A stretch of 64,000 nt of DNA. Origin: Acidobacteriota bacterium (lineage in GTDB: Bacteria > Acidobacteriota > UBA4820 > DSQY01). A model generated the notes under the pieces. The model saw only the letters and a list, made by a program, of their open reading frames with translations. It searched no databases and had not been told where the DNA came from. This document shows, one piece after another, positions 42,685 through 52,888 of the stretch (positions within the stretch are counted from its first letter, which is position 1; each line of letters opens with the position of its first letter). The stretch covers positions 78,521-142,520 of the forward strand of contig JBMFSH010000004.1 in assembly GCA_049967655.1 (NCBI GenBank), in the 5' to 3' direction. The position numbers were made by a program, and so were the translations under genes.

Positions 42685-43736
42685 GAGACCGCTACACTCC
42701 GAGCCTCGCCTTCCTCATCGCTCTCGCGCTGCACGTGTTCTTCCTCCTCCTCATCTCGCACCAGTACCTCGCCTCGGCCACCAACCCGAGGAGCCTGAAT
42801 GAAGGGTCCCAGCGCCTCACGACCATCAACGGCCGTCCGGTCCGCTTCATCTACGTCAAGGATATGGTTCCCGCCAAAGAACCGCCCATGGATGCCTCGC
42901 GACTCTCGGACATGAATCGGCGAGGGGCCAGCCCCTACCCGAAGAAGGGAGAATCTCCCGATCCCACCTCCTTCGGCCAGAGCCCCATCCGCCAGTCCGG
43001 CGGCCCTGGGGGCGCCCCGGACACCAGGCCCTCCGTCCCGCCCTCGCCGGCCTCCCCCAGCCCCCGCCCCGGACGCCCGGGGAGTGTGGGGCGCGAGATG
43101 GCGCAGATGGAGCGCCCCCGGAGCCCGCGCGGCGAGAGCCGGCAGGATCGTCCGGCCAACAACCAGGCCTCCAAACCCTCGTCCACCCAAGGTCAGAATG
43201 AGCTTCAGCAGGGGAAACCGACCAACGCGGAACGCGGGTTGCCCGTGGGAGGAGAGGCCATCCAGGAACCCGCGTCCTCCCTTCCAGGTTCGCCTTCACA
43301 GACGCCCATCCAGCCTCGTCCGGGGCTGGGCACGCAGCTCGAGAGGATGATGCTCGGCAGCCTCCAGGGGGGCTACAACAACCCCAACGCCAGCCGGCTC
43401 AATACGGGGTCCCTCTCCTTTGACACCGCCGCCTGGGACCTCGGCCCCTACGCCCGGCAGGTGCAGGAGCGGGTGCAGGGCAACTGGCACGTTCCCGAGG
43501 CGCAGATGGTGCTGAGACAGAAGGGGTGGGTGGCCATACGCTTCAACGTCCAGAAGGACGGCACCATCACGGACATGCAGATCATCCGGCCTTCCGGCAT
43601 CCCCTCCTACGACCAGGCGGCGGTGGATGCGCTGCGCTCCTCCAACCCGCTGCCTCCCCTTCCCTCTCAGGTCACAGCGCCCAAGCTCGGTGCCGTCTTT
43701 CGGTTTTTCTACAACCTGGAGGACGAGGGCGACTGA
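42681..43736 (+). CDS. TonB/TolA-like energy transducer
   Basis: N-terminal TM helix with LH, Pro/Ser-rich linker, C-terminal W...F....DG....SG...D.AA..A.....P.PPLP. GTG start overlaps the upstream stop. Confidence 0.8.
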   Translation: MRDRYTPSLAFLIALALHVFFLLLISHQYLASATNPRSLNEGSQRLTTINGRPVRFIYVKDMVPAKEPPMDASRLSDMNRRGASPYPKKGESPDPTSFGQSPIRQSGGPGGAPDTRPSVPPSPASPSPRPGRPGSVGREMAQMERPRSPRGESRQDRPANNQASKPSSTQGQNELQQGKPTNAERGLPVGGEAIQEPASSLPGSPSQTPIQPRPGLGTQLERMMLGSLQGGYNNPNASRLNTGSLSFDTAAWDLGPYARQVQERVQGNWHVPEAQMVLRQKGWVAIRFNVQKDGTITDMQIIRPSGIPSYDQAAVDALRSSNPLPPLPSQVTAPKLGAVFRFFYNLEDEGD

Positions 43737-43820
43737 ACGCCCCTCGCACCCGTGCATTCAGGCCAAGTTTTGGGCCTCCCGTCCGGCGATCGCAGACCGG
43801 TGCGCTTGGGTCGGAGGGAT

Positions 43821-43835
43821 TGGCATGCCCATTGC
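43821..43835 (+). promoter_or_regulatory. sigma-54 promoter (sRNA 1)
   Basis: TGGCATGCCCATTGC, GG-N10-GC. Confidence 0.75.
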
Positions 43836-43845
43836 TCATATGTAT

Positions 43846-43896
43846 CTCTCATACCTCCCTCCATACCTCCGAGCCCCGACAGGGGCTCATTTATTT
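43846..43896 (+). ncRNA. Candidate sigma-54-dependent CU-rich sRNA 1
   Basis: CATACCTCC twice, then hairpin GAGCCCC-GACA-GGGGCTC and ATTTATTT. Begins ~12 nt after the -12 box. No ORF. Confidence 0.6.
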
Positions 43897-44038
43897 GGGT
43901 AGCCCTACCCGCAGAGGAGTGAGTCCAAAAGGACACGCCGTGACTCACCCACCCCCAGCAGAGCGCCTTTATGGCGCATGCGGCCAAAATGGCACTGGCC
44001 GCCTTTTGAGACTGCCATATATTTTCATGGCGTTTCGA

Positions 44039-44053
44039 TGGCACGGCCATTGC
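44039..44053 (+). promoter_or_regulatory. sigma-54 promoter (sRNA 2)
   Basis: TGGCACGGCCATTGC(A), a full consensus match. Confidence 0.8.
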
Positions 44054-44064
44054 AAGGTAAAAAT

Positions 44065-44121
44065 ATCCCCTCCTCCCTTCCATTCCTCCAGCGGGAGCCA
44101 CAAGCTCCCGCTCCTCTTTTT
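44065..44121 (+). ncRNA. Candidate sigma-54-dependent CU-rich sRNA 2
   Basis: CCCCTCCTCCCTTCCATTCCTCC, then hairpin AGCGGGAGC-CACAA-GCTCCCGCT and CCTCTTTTT. Confidence 0.6.
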
Positions 44122-44145
44122 CTGGAACTGGAACTGGAATTGGAA
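44122..44145. repeat. Hexamer tandem repeat (CTGGAA)x4, last unit degenerate
   Basis: ctggaa ctggaa ctggaa ttggaa. Confidence 0.7.
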
Positions 44146-44249
44146 GGCAGGCGCCCAATAGGCGCCCGGAAGCTCGGCGGCCGAGTCTCCGTACGGCGGC
44201 CTGGAGACAGCCTCCGAACCGAGTCTACCGGGGAGGGCGCTCTCGCCGG

Positions 44250-44759
44250 CTACTCTTCGAGGTTGAATTCCTGGAAGTCGAAGAAGTATCCCGTGCGGGT
44301 GAGCACGTCCACCTCGAGCTGGACGATGGCGGTGTGGCCGTCCTCGATTTCGAGGAATCGCGAAAACATGGTCCGCCCGTCGGGATTGTCCAGCGTCTCT
44401 ACGAGGTGCTTGTAGAAGTCGCTGACCTCATCTTCGAGCTTTAGGGCCGTGAAGAGGCGGCGGTAATCATCCTGATAATCGCGCTTCTGCCCCGAGCTTT
44501 CCAGCATGGAGACGCCTTTGGAGAGCCATTCGGGGCTGGGCAGCGTGGTTCGAACGGGGCTGGTGTCGAGCTTCTTCTCCGCCCGCCAGGTTTTGAGCCG
44601 CGACTCCAGGTAATCCACGTGGCCCTGCTCCTCCTTGGCCAAAGACTCGAAGAAATGGCGGCCCTTGGGCTCCTGCGACTCCTTGGCGGCCTGCAGGTAG
44701 TGATCTCTGACCTTGGTCTCGTAGTTGAGCGCGGTGACGATGGCTTCCTCGACGTTCAT
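44250..44759 (-). CDS. Ferritin-like/rubrerythrin family protein
   Basis: A...E....Y, LA.EE.GH, LE......Y, EIEDGH diiron-type motifs. Confidence 0.85.
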   Translation of the reverse strand: MNVEEAIVTALNYETKVRDHYLQAAKESQEPKGRHFFESLAKEEQGHVDYLESRLKTWRAEKKLDTSPVRTTLPSPEWLSKGVSMLESSGQKRDYQDDYRRLFTALKLEDEVSDFYKHLVETLDNPDGRTMFSRFLEIEDGHTAIVQLEVDVLTRTGYFFDFQEFNLEE

Positions 44760-44867
44760 CAGCGTCCCCCTTGTGCGATCTCTCCGGCCTAGACCATTCA
44801 GCGGCCCCTGTTGAGCCCGAGCCTCTACCATAAGGCATTGCCCCCCCCGGGTCAACCTGCCGGGGCC

Positions 44868-44897
44868 TTGACAGGGGGGGGCTTTCACCGCTACAGT
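44868..44897 (+). promoter_or_regulatory. sigma-70 promoter of tRNA-Gly
   Basis: TTGACA-18 nt-TACAGT, 10 nt upstream of the tRNA. Confidence 0.65.
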
Positions 44898-44907
44898 AAC
44901 CTCTTGG

Positions 44908-44983
44908 GCGGGAATAGCTCAGTTGGTAGAGCACAACCTTGCCAAGGTTGGGGTCGCGGGTTCGAATCCCGTTTCCCGCTCCA
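44908..44983 (+). tRNA. tRNA-Gly (GCC)
   Basis: GCGGGAA acceptor stem, AGCTCAGTTGGTAGAGC D arm, anticodon loop TTGCCAA, GGTTCGAATCC T arm, encoded CCA. 76 nt. Confidence 0.97.
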
Positions 44984-44998
44984 GAAGAGCGCAGCGAG

Positions 44999-45019
44999 AG
45001 GGGCCGAAAGGCCCCTTTT
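44999..45019 (+). terminator. Terminator after tRNA-Gly
   Basis: AGGGGCC-GAAA-GGCCCCT followed by TTT. Confidence 0.7.
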
Positions 45020-45226
45020 GGTTTGCCCGGCCGGAAAGCCAAGGGATTCGAACCCGCGACCCGCCCAAAGGGCCCGTCTTGTGGTGTTGAAGGTCATCAG
45101 AAGCCCATTCCTCCCCCCTTCCTGCGCCCCTTGTGTTGACCCCAAAGTCCTGTAAATGGTACGCTTTGCTTCTTGCCTGCGAAGAATGCCGGGTCCGGCA
45201 GCCGCACATGCAAGGAGGTATGTTCC

Positions 45227-46540
45227 ATGAAACCCCAGAATGTCCTCATCATGGGAGCCGCGGGAAGAGACTTCCACAACTTCAACGTCTTCTTCCGGGG
45301 CAACAATTCGTACCGCGTGGTCGCATTCACCGCCACCCAGATTCCCGACATCGCCGGACGCAAATATCCCGCTGCCCTGGCGGGCGAGGGTTATCCCGAG
45401 GGCATCCCGATCTACGACGAGAAGGAGATGCCCGAACTGATCCGCAAGGAGAAGGTGGACCTCGTGGTCTTCGCCTACTCCGACGTCTCCCACGAGACGG
45501 TCATGCACAAGGCCTCCACGGCCATCGCCGCCGGTGCCGACTTCATGATGATGGGCGCCGACCACACCATGATCTCCTCCAGCAAGCCGGTGGTCTCCAT
45601 CTGCGCCGTCCGCACGGGATGCGGCAAGAGCCAGACGACCCGCCGGGTCTGCGAGATCCTGAAGGCCGCCGGCAAGCGCGTGGTGGCCATCCGCCACCCC
45701 ATGCCCTACGGCGACCTGGTGGCCCAGCGCGTGCAGCGTTTCGCCACGCTCCAGGATCTGGACAAGCACCACTGCACCATCGAGGAGCGCGAGGAGTACG
45801 AGCCGCACATCCAGCGCGGCGTGGTGGTCTATGCCGGCGTGGACTACGAGGCCATCCTCCGCGAGGCCGAGCGCGAGGCCGACGTGATCGTGTGGGACGG
45901 TGGGAACAACGACCTGCCCTTCTACCGGCCTGACCTGGAGATCGTCGTCGTGGATCCCCACCGTCCGGGCCACGAGATCGCCTACCACCCCGGCGAAGCC
46001 AACTTGCGCCGCGCCCACGTGGTGGTCATCAACAAGATCGACACGGCCAACGGCGACGACATCGACGAGGTGCGCTTCAACATCCACCAGCTCAACCCTA
46101 AGGCCATGGTCGTGGACGCCGCCTCGCCATTGAAGGTCTCCGATCCCGCCGCCATCACCGGCAAGAGCGTGCTGGTCGTGGAGGACGGCCCCACCCTCAC
46201 GCACGGAGAGATGCAATACGGCGCCGGCGTGATGGCCGCCCGGAAGTTCGGGGCGGAGGAGTTGGTGGACCCGCGGCCCTTCGCCGTGGCCTCCATCCAG
46301 GCCACCTACGAGAAGTACCCGGACATCGGCATCCTGCTGCCAGCCATGGGCTACGGGGACCAGCAGATCAAGGACCTGGAGACCACCATCAACTCCACCG
46401 AGTGCGACCTGGTGGTGATCGCCACGCCCATCGACCTGGGCCGCATCATCCGCATCAACAAGCCCTCGGTCCGCGTCCAGTACGAGCTGCAGGAGATCGG
46501 TCAGCCCACGCTGGAGGTGCCGCTCAAGCGGTTGCTGTAG
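45227..46540 (+). CDS. cDPG synthetase-like P-loop protein, probable arginine synthetase (ArcE family)
   Basis: IMGAAGRDFHNFN, AFTATQIP, AVRTGCGKSQT, RHPMPYG, EEREEYE, WDGGNND, EDGPTLTHG, LPAMGY. First gene of an operon with arcC and OTCase. Confidence 0.75.
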   Translation: MKPQNVLIMGAAGRDFHNFNVFFRGNNSYRVVAFTATQIPDIAGRKYPAALAGEGYPEGIPIYDEKEMPELIRKEKVDLVVFAYSDVSHETVMHKASTAIAAGADFMMMGADHTMISSSKPVVSICAVRTGCGKSQTTRRVCEILKAAGKRVVAIRHPMPYGDLVAQRVQRFATLQDLDKHHCTIEEREEYEPHIQRGVVVYAGVDYEAILREAEREADVIVWDGGNNDLPFYRPDLEIVVVDPHRPGHEIAYHPGEANLRRAHVVVINKIDTANGDDIDEVRFNIHQLNPKAMVVDAASPLKVSDPAAITGKSVLVVEDGPTLTHGEMQYGAGVMAARKFGAEELVDPRPFAVASIQATYEKYPDIGILLPAMGYGDQQIKDLETTINSTECDLVVIATPIDLGRIIRINKPSVRVQYELQEIGQPTLEVPLKRLL

Positions 46541-46547
46541 GCCTGCC

Positions 46548-47546
46548 ATGAGGAAGAAGAAAGCGCTGGTGGCCTTCGGGGGCAACGCCCTCATCAAGGC
46601 CGGCGAAAAGGGCACGCTCCGCGAGCAGCTCGCCAACGCCGACGAAGCCGCCCGCCAACTGGTTCCGCTGCTGGAGAACTACGCCTGCGTCATGCTGGTG
46701 CACGGCAACGGTCCGCAGGTGGGCCAGAACCTGATCCGGGTGGAGGAGGCGGTGACCAAGGTCCCGCCCCTCCCCCTGGATGTTTGCGTAGCCGAAACCC
46801 AGGGCAGTATGGGATACCTCATCGAGAAGGCGCTCTCAAACGAACTCCAGCGCCGGGGCATCCAGAGGGACCTCATGTCCGTGCTCAGCCAGGTGGAGGT
46901 GGACGCGGAGGATCCCGCTTTCCGGAATCCCACCAAACCCATCGGCCCCTTCTACACGGCCTACCGCGCCAAGCACCTCATGGAGGTGGAGCGCTGGCCC
47001 ATGGTGGAGGACAGCGGCCGGGGCTACAGGAAGGTCGTCCCGTCGCCCAAGCCCAAACGGATCCTCTCGGTGGGGGCCCTGAAGGCGCTCTACGAGACGG
47101 GCTCCATCATCATCGCCGGGGGAGGGGGAGGCATTCCCGTGGTGCGGGAGCTGGACGGCACCCACCGTGGCGTGGAGGCGGTCATCGACAAGGACCGCAC
47201 CTCCGTCCTGCTGGCCTGCGAGCTGGATGCGGACGAGATGCTCATCATCACCTCTGTCCCCTGCCTCTACGTGAATTTCGGTAAGCCCGACCAGAAGGCC
47301 CTGTCCGTGGTCTCTCTGGAGGAGATCCTGAGATACCAGAAGGAGGGCCAGTTTCCGCCCGGCTCCATGGGACCGAAGGTGGAGGCGGCGGTCCAGTTCC
47401 TGGTCCGCAAGGGCGGTAGCGTCGTCATCACCGACGCCGCCCACCTCCAGGCCGCCTCCGAGGGCAGGGCCGGAACGCGCATCATTCACGAAAAGACCGA
47501 GAAGGCCGAGAAGATCCACCGCCTGGAGACGGTCAAGCGGGGCTGA
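46548..47546 (+). CDS. arcC: Carbamate kinase
   Basis: AFGGNAL, HGNGPQVG, PTKPIGPFY, GGGGIPV, EAVIDKD, GSMGPK. Confidence 0.95.
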   Translation: MRKKKALVAFGGNALIKAGEKGTLREQLANADEAARQLVPLLENYACVMLVHGNGPQVGQNLIRVEEAVTKVPPLPLDVCVAETQGSMGYLIEKALSNELQRRGIQRDLMSVLSQVEVDAEDPAFRNPTKPIGPFYTAYRAKHLMEVERWPMVEDSGRGYRKVVPSPKPKRILSVGALKALYETGSIIIAGGGGGIPVVRELDGTHRGVEAVIDKDRTSVLLACELDADEMLIITSVPCLYVNFGKPDQKALSVVSLEEILRYQKEGQFPPGSMGPKVEAAVQFLVRKGGSVVITDAAHLQAASEGRAGTRIIHEKTEKAEKIHRLETVKRG

Positions 47547-47647
47547 AGGACGCGGCCGCTTGCCGGCATGACCGAGCCGTCCGCGAGGCCTTCGCCATTC
47601 AAGCGATAGGAGGCGCCCGTCGCCGCCGACCCTAGGAGGAGCCTAAC

Positions 47648-48580
<933 letters not shown>

Positions 48581-48750
48581 CCGCCCGGCTTCGGGTGGGG
48601 ACTCCTCGCTTCTCATCGGCTACCCACCGGCGGCCCTCCGGCGAACCCGGGGGGCCGCTTGGCATACTTCTTGATCGGGGATCCCCAGGGTTGCTTTTCG
48701 ACGGGGGACGCCCCATCCTGGGGCCTGAAACGAAGGAGGAGGCCAGAACC

Positions 48751-49791
48751 ATGGAGATCTCGAAAGAACGGAAAAAGGCCATCGACGCCGCCGTGGCCCA
48801 GATCGAGCGCCAGTTCGGCAAGGGCTCCATCATGAGCCTGGGAGAACGCGGCGCCAAGGTGAAGGCGGAGATCATCTCCACAGGGAGCCTCAGCCTGGAC
48901 CTGGCCCTGGGCATCGGCGGGCTGCCCCGAGGCAGGGTGGTCGAGATCTACGGGCCCGAATCCTCGGGCAAGACCACGCTGGCCCTGCAGGCCGTCGCCG
49001 AGGTCCATCGCAACGGGGGCATGGCCGCCTTCGTGGACGCCGAGCACGCCCTGGACCCCGACTACGCCCAGAGGCTGGGAGTCAACGTGGACAACCTGCT
49101 CATCAGCCAGCCCGACACGGGCGAGCAGGCCCTCGAGATCGCCGAGGCCCTGGTGCGCTCCGGGGCCATCGACATTGTGGTCATCGACTCGGTGGCCGCC
49201 CTGGTGCCCAAGGCCGAGCTCGAGGGAGAGATGGGCGACAGCTTCGTGGGGCTTCAGGCCCGGCTCATGTCGCAGGCCCTGCGCAAGCTCACCGGCATCG
49301 TCAGCAAGAGCAACACCACCTGCGTCTTCATCAACCAGCTCCGCGAAAAGATCGGCGTCATGTTCGGCAACCCCGAGACCACCACCGGGGGCCGGGCGCT
49401 CAAGTTCTACGCCTCGGTCAGGCTCGACATCCGCCGGATCGCCAACATCCAGAACGCCGCCGGCCAGGTCATCGGCGGCCGGGTCAAGGTCAAGGTGGCC
49501 AAGAACAAGCTGGCCCCTCCCTTCCGCGTGGCCGAGTTCGACATCCTGTATGGCACGGGCATCTCCAAGGCCGGCGACATCCTCGACCTGGGCGTGGAGT
49601 ACAAGATCGTCGACAAGGCCGGCACCTGGTATGCCTACGGCGAGACCCGCCTGGGACAGGGCAAGGAGAACGCCCGCCAGTACCTGGTGGAGAACCCCAA
49701 GCTCATGGACGAGATCGAAGCCAAGGTCCGCGAGAAGGCGGGGCTGAACGGAGCCAGTTCGGCCCCCGCGGAGGCCGCGGAGGCGGAGTAG
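48751..49791 (+). CDS. recA: Recombinase A
   Basis: [44 protein letters not shown]. Confidence 0.98.
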   Translation: MEISKERKKAIDAAVAQIERQFGKGSIMSLGERGAKVKAEIISTGSLSLDLALGIGGLPRGRVVEIYGPESSGKTTLALQAVAEVHRNGGMAAFVDAEHALDPDYAQRLGVNVDNLLISQPDTGEQALEIAEALVRSGAIDIVVIDSVAALVPKAELEGEMGDSFVGLQARLMSQALRKLTGIVSKSNTTCVFINQLREKIGVMFGNPETTTGGRALKFYASVRLDIRRIANIQNAAGQVIGGRVKVKVAKNKLAPPFRVAEFDILYGTGISKAGDILDLGVEYKIVDKAGTWYAYGETRLGQGKENARQYLVENPKLMDEIEAKVREKAGLNGASSAPAEAAEAE

Positions 49792-49820
49792 CTGGGACCG
49801 CCGCTTCTGGCCGATAATGG

Positions 49821-49855
49821 GCCCCGGGGAGGAGCTTCTCTCCCCGGGGCGTTTT
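49821..49855 (+). terminator. Rho-independent terminator of recA
   Basis: GCCCCGGGGAG / CTCCCCGGGGC followed by GTTTT. Confidence 0.8.
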
Positions 49856-49910
49856 CGTGCCCGCGGGCGAGGGGCCGAATGGGCTCCATTCCCGATGATC
49901 GGAGGCCAAG

Positions 49911-51200
49911 GTGAAACGAACGCGGAGCCAAGATCTGCTGAAGCGGGCCATCCCGCTCATTCCCGGCGGCGTCAACTCGCCCGTCCGCGCCTACCGCTCG
50001 GTGGGCGGCGACCCGCCCTTCATCGCGCGGGCCGAGGGCGCCACCCTCACCGACGAGGACGGCAACACCTACCTCGATTACGTGGGCTCCTGGGGTCCCA
50101 TGATCCTCGGCCACAACCACCCGGAGGTCCGGGAGGCCGTGGAGCGGGCGCTTGCGGACGGCGCCTCCTTCGGAGCCCCCACGCGCCTCGAGGTGGAGAT
50201 GGCCGAGTGGCTGACGGGCCACCTTCCCCACCTGGAGATGGTGCGCATGGTGAACTCGGGCACCGAGGCCACCATGTCGGCCCTGCGGCTGGCGCGGGGC
50301 GCCACGGGCCGCGACAAGATCCTCAAGTGCGCGGGCTGCTACCACGGCCACGGCGACTCTCTGCTGGTGGAAGCGGGGAGCGGCGCCCTCACCTTCGGGA
50401 CCCCCTCCAGCCCGGGAGTGCCCGCCTCCCTGGCGAAGGACACGCTGGTCATCCCGTTCAACAAGGTCCAGGCCCTGGAGCTCGTCTGCGAGGAGAACCG
50501 GGGGCAGATCGCGGCCTTCATCCTGGAGCCGCTGCCGGGCAACATGGGGGTCATCCCGCCGAGGCCCGGCTACCTGGAGGCGGTGCGGGCCATCACCGAG
50601 CGCGAGGGGATCGTCCTCATCTTCGACGAGGTCATGAGCGGCTTCCGCATCGGGCTGGGAGGTATGGCCCAGCGCGCCGGGGTGCGGCCCGACCTGGCCA
50701 CCTACGGCAAGATCATCGGCGGAGGCCTGCCCGTGGGCGCCTACGGCGGCAGGCGGGAGCTCATGAGCCAGGTCTCCCCCGCCGGATCGATCTACCAGGC
50801 CGGCACCCTCTCGGGCAATCCGCTGGCCATGGCGGCGGGCCTCGCCACGCTCAAGATCCTGGAGCGAGAGGGAGAGGCGCTCTACCTCCGCCTCGAACAG
50901 CTCACCACCAGCCTCGCCGCGGGCCTGGCCGTGATCGCCAGCCAGCACGGGGTGCCCTTTACGGGCAACCACGTGGGCTCCATGTTCACCGGCTTCTTCC
51001 ATCCGGGGCCGGTGGCGGACTACGTCTCAGCGACAAAGTCCGACACCCAGCGCTTCGGCCGCTTCATGCGGGGCATGCTGGAGAGGGGCATCTACCTGGC
51101 CCCCAGCCAGTTCGAGGCGGGCTTCCTCAGCGCCGCCCACACCGAGGCCGACATTCGACGCACCCTCGATGCCGCCCGGGAGGTCTTCGAAGGGCTTTGA
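49911..51200 (+). CDS. hemL: Glutamate-1-semialdehyde 2,1-aminomutase
   Basis: PGGVNSPVR, SGTEATMSA, YHGH, FDEVMSGFR, GKIIGGG.P, YQAGTLSGNP. Confidence 0.96.
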   Translation: MKRTRSQDLLKRAIPLIPGGVNSPVRAYRSVGGDPPFIARAEGATLTDEDGNTYLDYVGSWGPMILGHNHPEVREAVERALADGASFGAPTRLEVEMAEWLTGHLPHLEMVRMVNSGTEATMSALRLARGATGRDKILKCAGCYHGHGDSLLVEAGSGALTFGTPSSPGVPASLAKDTLVIPFNKVQALELVCEENRGQIAAFILEPLPGNMGVIPPRPGYLEAVRAITEREGIVLIFDEVMSGFRIGLGGMAQRAGVRPDLATYGKIIGGGLPVGAYGGRRELMSQVSPAGSIYQAGTLSGNPLAMAAGLATLKILEREGEALYLRLEQLTTSLAAGLAVIASQHGVPFTGNHVGSMFTGFFHPGPVADYVSATKSDTQRFGRFMRGMLERGIYLAPSQFEAGFLSAAHTEADIRRTLDAAREVFEGL

Positions 51201-51342
51201 GCGACGAGCGGCGCGTGGAAGGAAGCCAGGACGAGACGAGGAGAAGGCGCAATGCGCGCGGCGAGGGTCGACCGGAGTTCCCCGGCCCATTTTCTTCCCG
51301 CGCCTTCGTTCTCGCGCGTTCTCGCCACCGTCCTTCTCGGCC

Positions 51343-52038
51343 CTATCCGTTCAGCAGTCCCTCGCGGGCGAAGCTGAAGTAGCCGTTCCCGCCGACGATG
51401 AGGTGGTCCAGCACGCGCACGTCCAGGTGGCCGAGGAGCCCCTTCAGCTCCTCCGTGAGCCTGAGGTCGTCCGGGCTGGGAGAGACGTGGCCGCTCGGGT
51501 GGTTGTGGGCCAGAATCACGGCGGCCGCGTTCTCCTTGAGGACCGCCTTCACGATCTCCCTCGGGTGCACGGAGCTGGCGTGGATGGACCCGCGGAACAT
51601 CTCCCGGTAGCTGAGGACCCCGTGCTTCTGATTGAGGAAGATGACCGCGAAGACCTCGTGGGGAAGGTCGCGCAGACGCGGCTTCAAGAAGCGGTAGGTG
51701 TCTTCGGCCCCGGCGAGGGTCTCGGCGAGCCGGACCTCCTCCTCGGTGAAGCGGCGGGAGAGCTCCAGGGCGGCGAGCAATTGAGCCGCCCTGGCGGGGC
51801 CCAGGCCGTAGGCGCGGGCCAGCTCCGAAGGTTCGACCGCGCTGAGAGCCCGCAGGGAGCCGCACCGGGAGAGCAGCTCCGCGGAAAGGTCCAGGGCCGT
51901 CTTTCCCCTCGTTCCCGTCCGGAGCAGGATGGCCAGCAGCTCCGTCGTGCTCAAGGCCGCCGGCCCGCACCGCAGGCACCGCTCCCGGGGCCTTTCGGGC
52001 TCGGGCATCTCCTTGATTCCAAGACAATGTTCTCGCAT
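51343..52038 (-). CDS. radC: RadC family JAB-domain protein
   Basis: ERPRER, ELLAILL.TG, HhH, VHPRE, AHNHPSG..PS..D, LDH.I. Confidence 0.92.
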   Translation of the reverse strand: MREHCLGIKEMPEPERPRERCLRCGPAALSTTELLAILLRTGTRGKTALDLSAELLSRCGSLRALSAVEPSELARAYGLGPARAAQLLAALELSRRFTEEEVRLAETLAGAEDTYRFLKPRLRDLPHEVFAVIFLNQKHGVLSYREMFRGSIHASSVHPREIVKAVLKENAAAVILAHNHPSGHVSPSPDDLRLTEELKGLLGHLDVRVLDHLIVGGNGYFSFAREGLLNG

Positions 52039-52334
52039 GATCCACCTCCGGCCCGGGGAAGAGCAAGCCCACTGCCAGCGCCCGGAGGCGCTTCCGGATC
52101 GCACCCGCCGCGGCATCTTCCGAATATCTGCTTACGGATCAATCGGTTAGAGAAACGAAGCGGAATCGGCCTCCTCCCCCGCCCCTGTCCAATGGCGATG
52201 TCATCGTAACCAGCTGATCCCGAATGACATCCTCTTCCCCTGTCCATTTTCCGACGGAGCCTCTTCACGCCGTTTCCCATGGGCACGGCTCCTTCTGGCA
52301 GTCACTGAAAGGTTGTTCCCTGGTGCGGAGCCGA

Positions 52335-52349
52335 TGGCACGCAGGATGC
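52335..52349 (+). promoter_or_regulatory. sigma-54-like promoter upstream of comEA
   Basis: TGGCACGCAGGATGC, GG-N10-GC, with a -12 box one mismatch from TTGC. Confidence 0.5.
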
Positions 52350-52438
52350 CCCTCGGAAATCGTCCCCGAAGGGGGCTTCGGGACAGGGGAACCCGGTGAG
52401 GGCCCCTTTCATGCGGCACAGGCCGCGAGGAGGATCCT

Positions 52439-52822
52439 ATGAAGGCAGCGATCGGACGGTGGATGGTAGCACTGGCTGGGATGATGGTCGCTGGGGCGCT
52501 CACGGTTTCGGGTTTTCCCGCTTCGGCGGCGACTCCCGAGCAGGCGCCGACCATAAAGGTCCAGAGGGCCCAGAGGACGCCCAAGGGGCAGAAAGCCCAG
52601 CGCACGCCCAAGGCGGCCAAGGCCATCGAAGGGAAGATCAACCTGAACTCGGCCTCGGCCGAGGAGCTGGACGCCCTACCCCGCATCGGCCCCAAGGTGG
52701 CCCAGCGCATGGTGGAATACAGGACCACCCACAACGGCTTCAAATCCGTCGACGAACTCAGGAACGTGAAGGGCATCGGCCCCAAGGTCCTGGAGGCGAT
52801 CCGGCCCTACCTGACCCTGTAG
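52439..52822 (+). CDS. comEA: ComEA family DNA-binding protein
   Basis: Signal peptide, INLNSAS.EEL..LP.IGP..A, F.SVDEL..VKGIG double HhH. Confidence 0.88.
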   Translation: MKAAIGRWMVALAGMMVAGALTVSGFPASAATPEQAPTIKVQRAQRTPKGQKAQRTPKAAKAIEGKINLNSASAEELDALPRIGPKVAQRMVEYRTTHNGFKSVDELRNVKGIGPKVLEAIRPYLTL

Positions 52823-52888
52823 GCCCGTGAGGGGGGGGGCGGACGACGGGTCGCCGCCCCCCGCCTCTCCGGCGCCGAGGAGGAGACC

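Noticed and set aside
43850..44090. CsrA/RsmA-sponge RNA on the minus strand (multiple GGA motifs)
   Set aside because: Promoters and T-tailed terminators both point to the + strand, and the GGA motifs are not in hairpin loops.
43709..44161. ORFs 43709-44158 (-) and 43526-44161 (+) across the sRNA spacer
   Set aside because: Atypical composition, no motifs, translation of simple repeats (WNWNW), and overlap with promoter/terminator cassettes.
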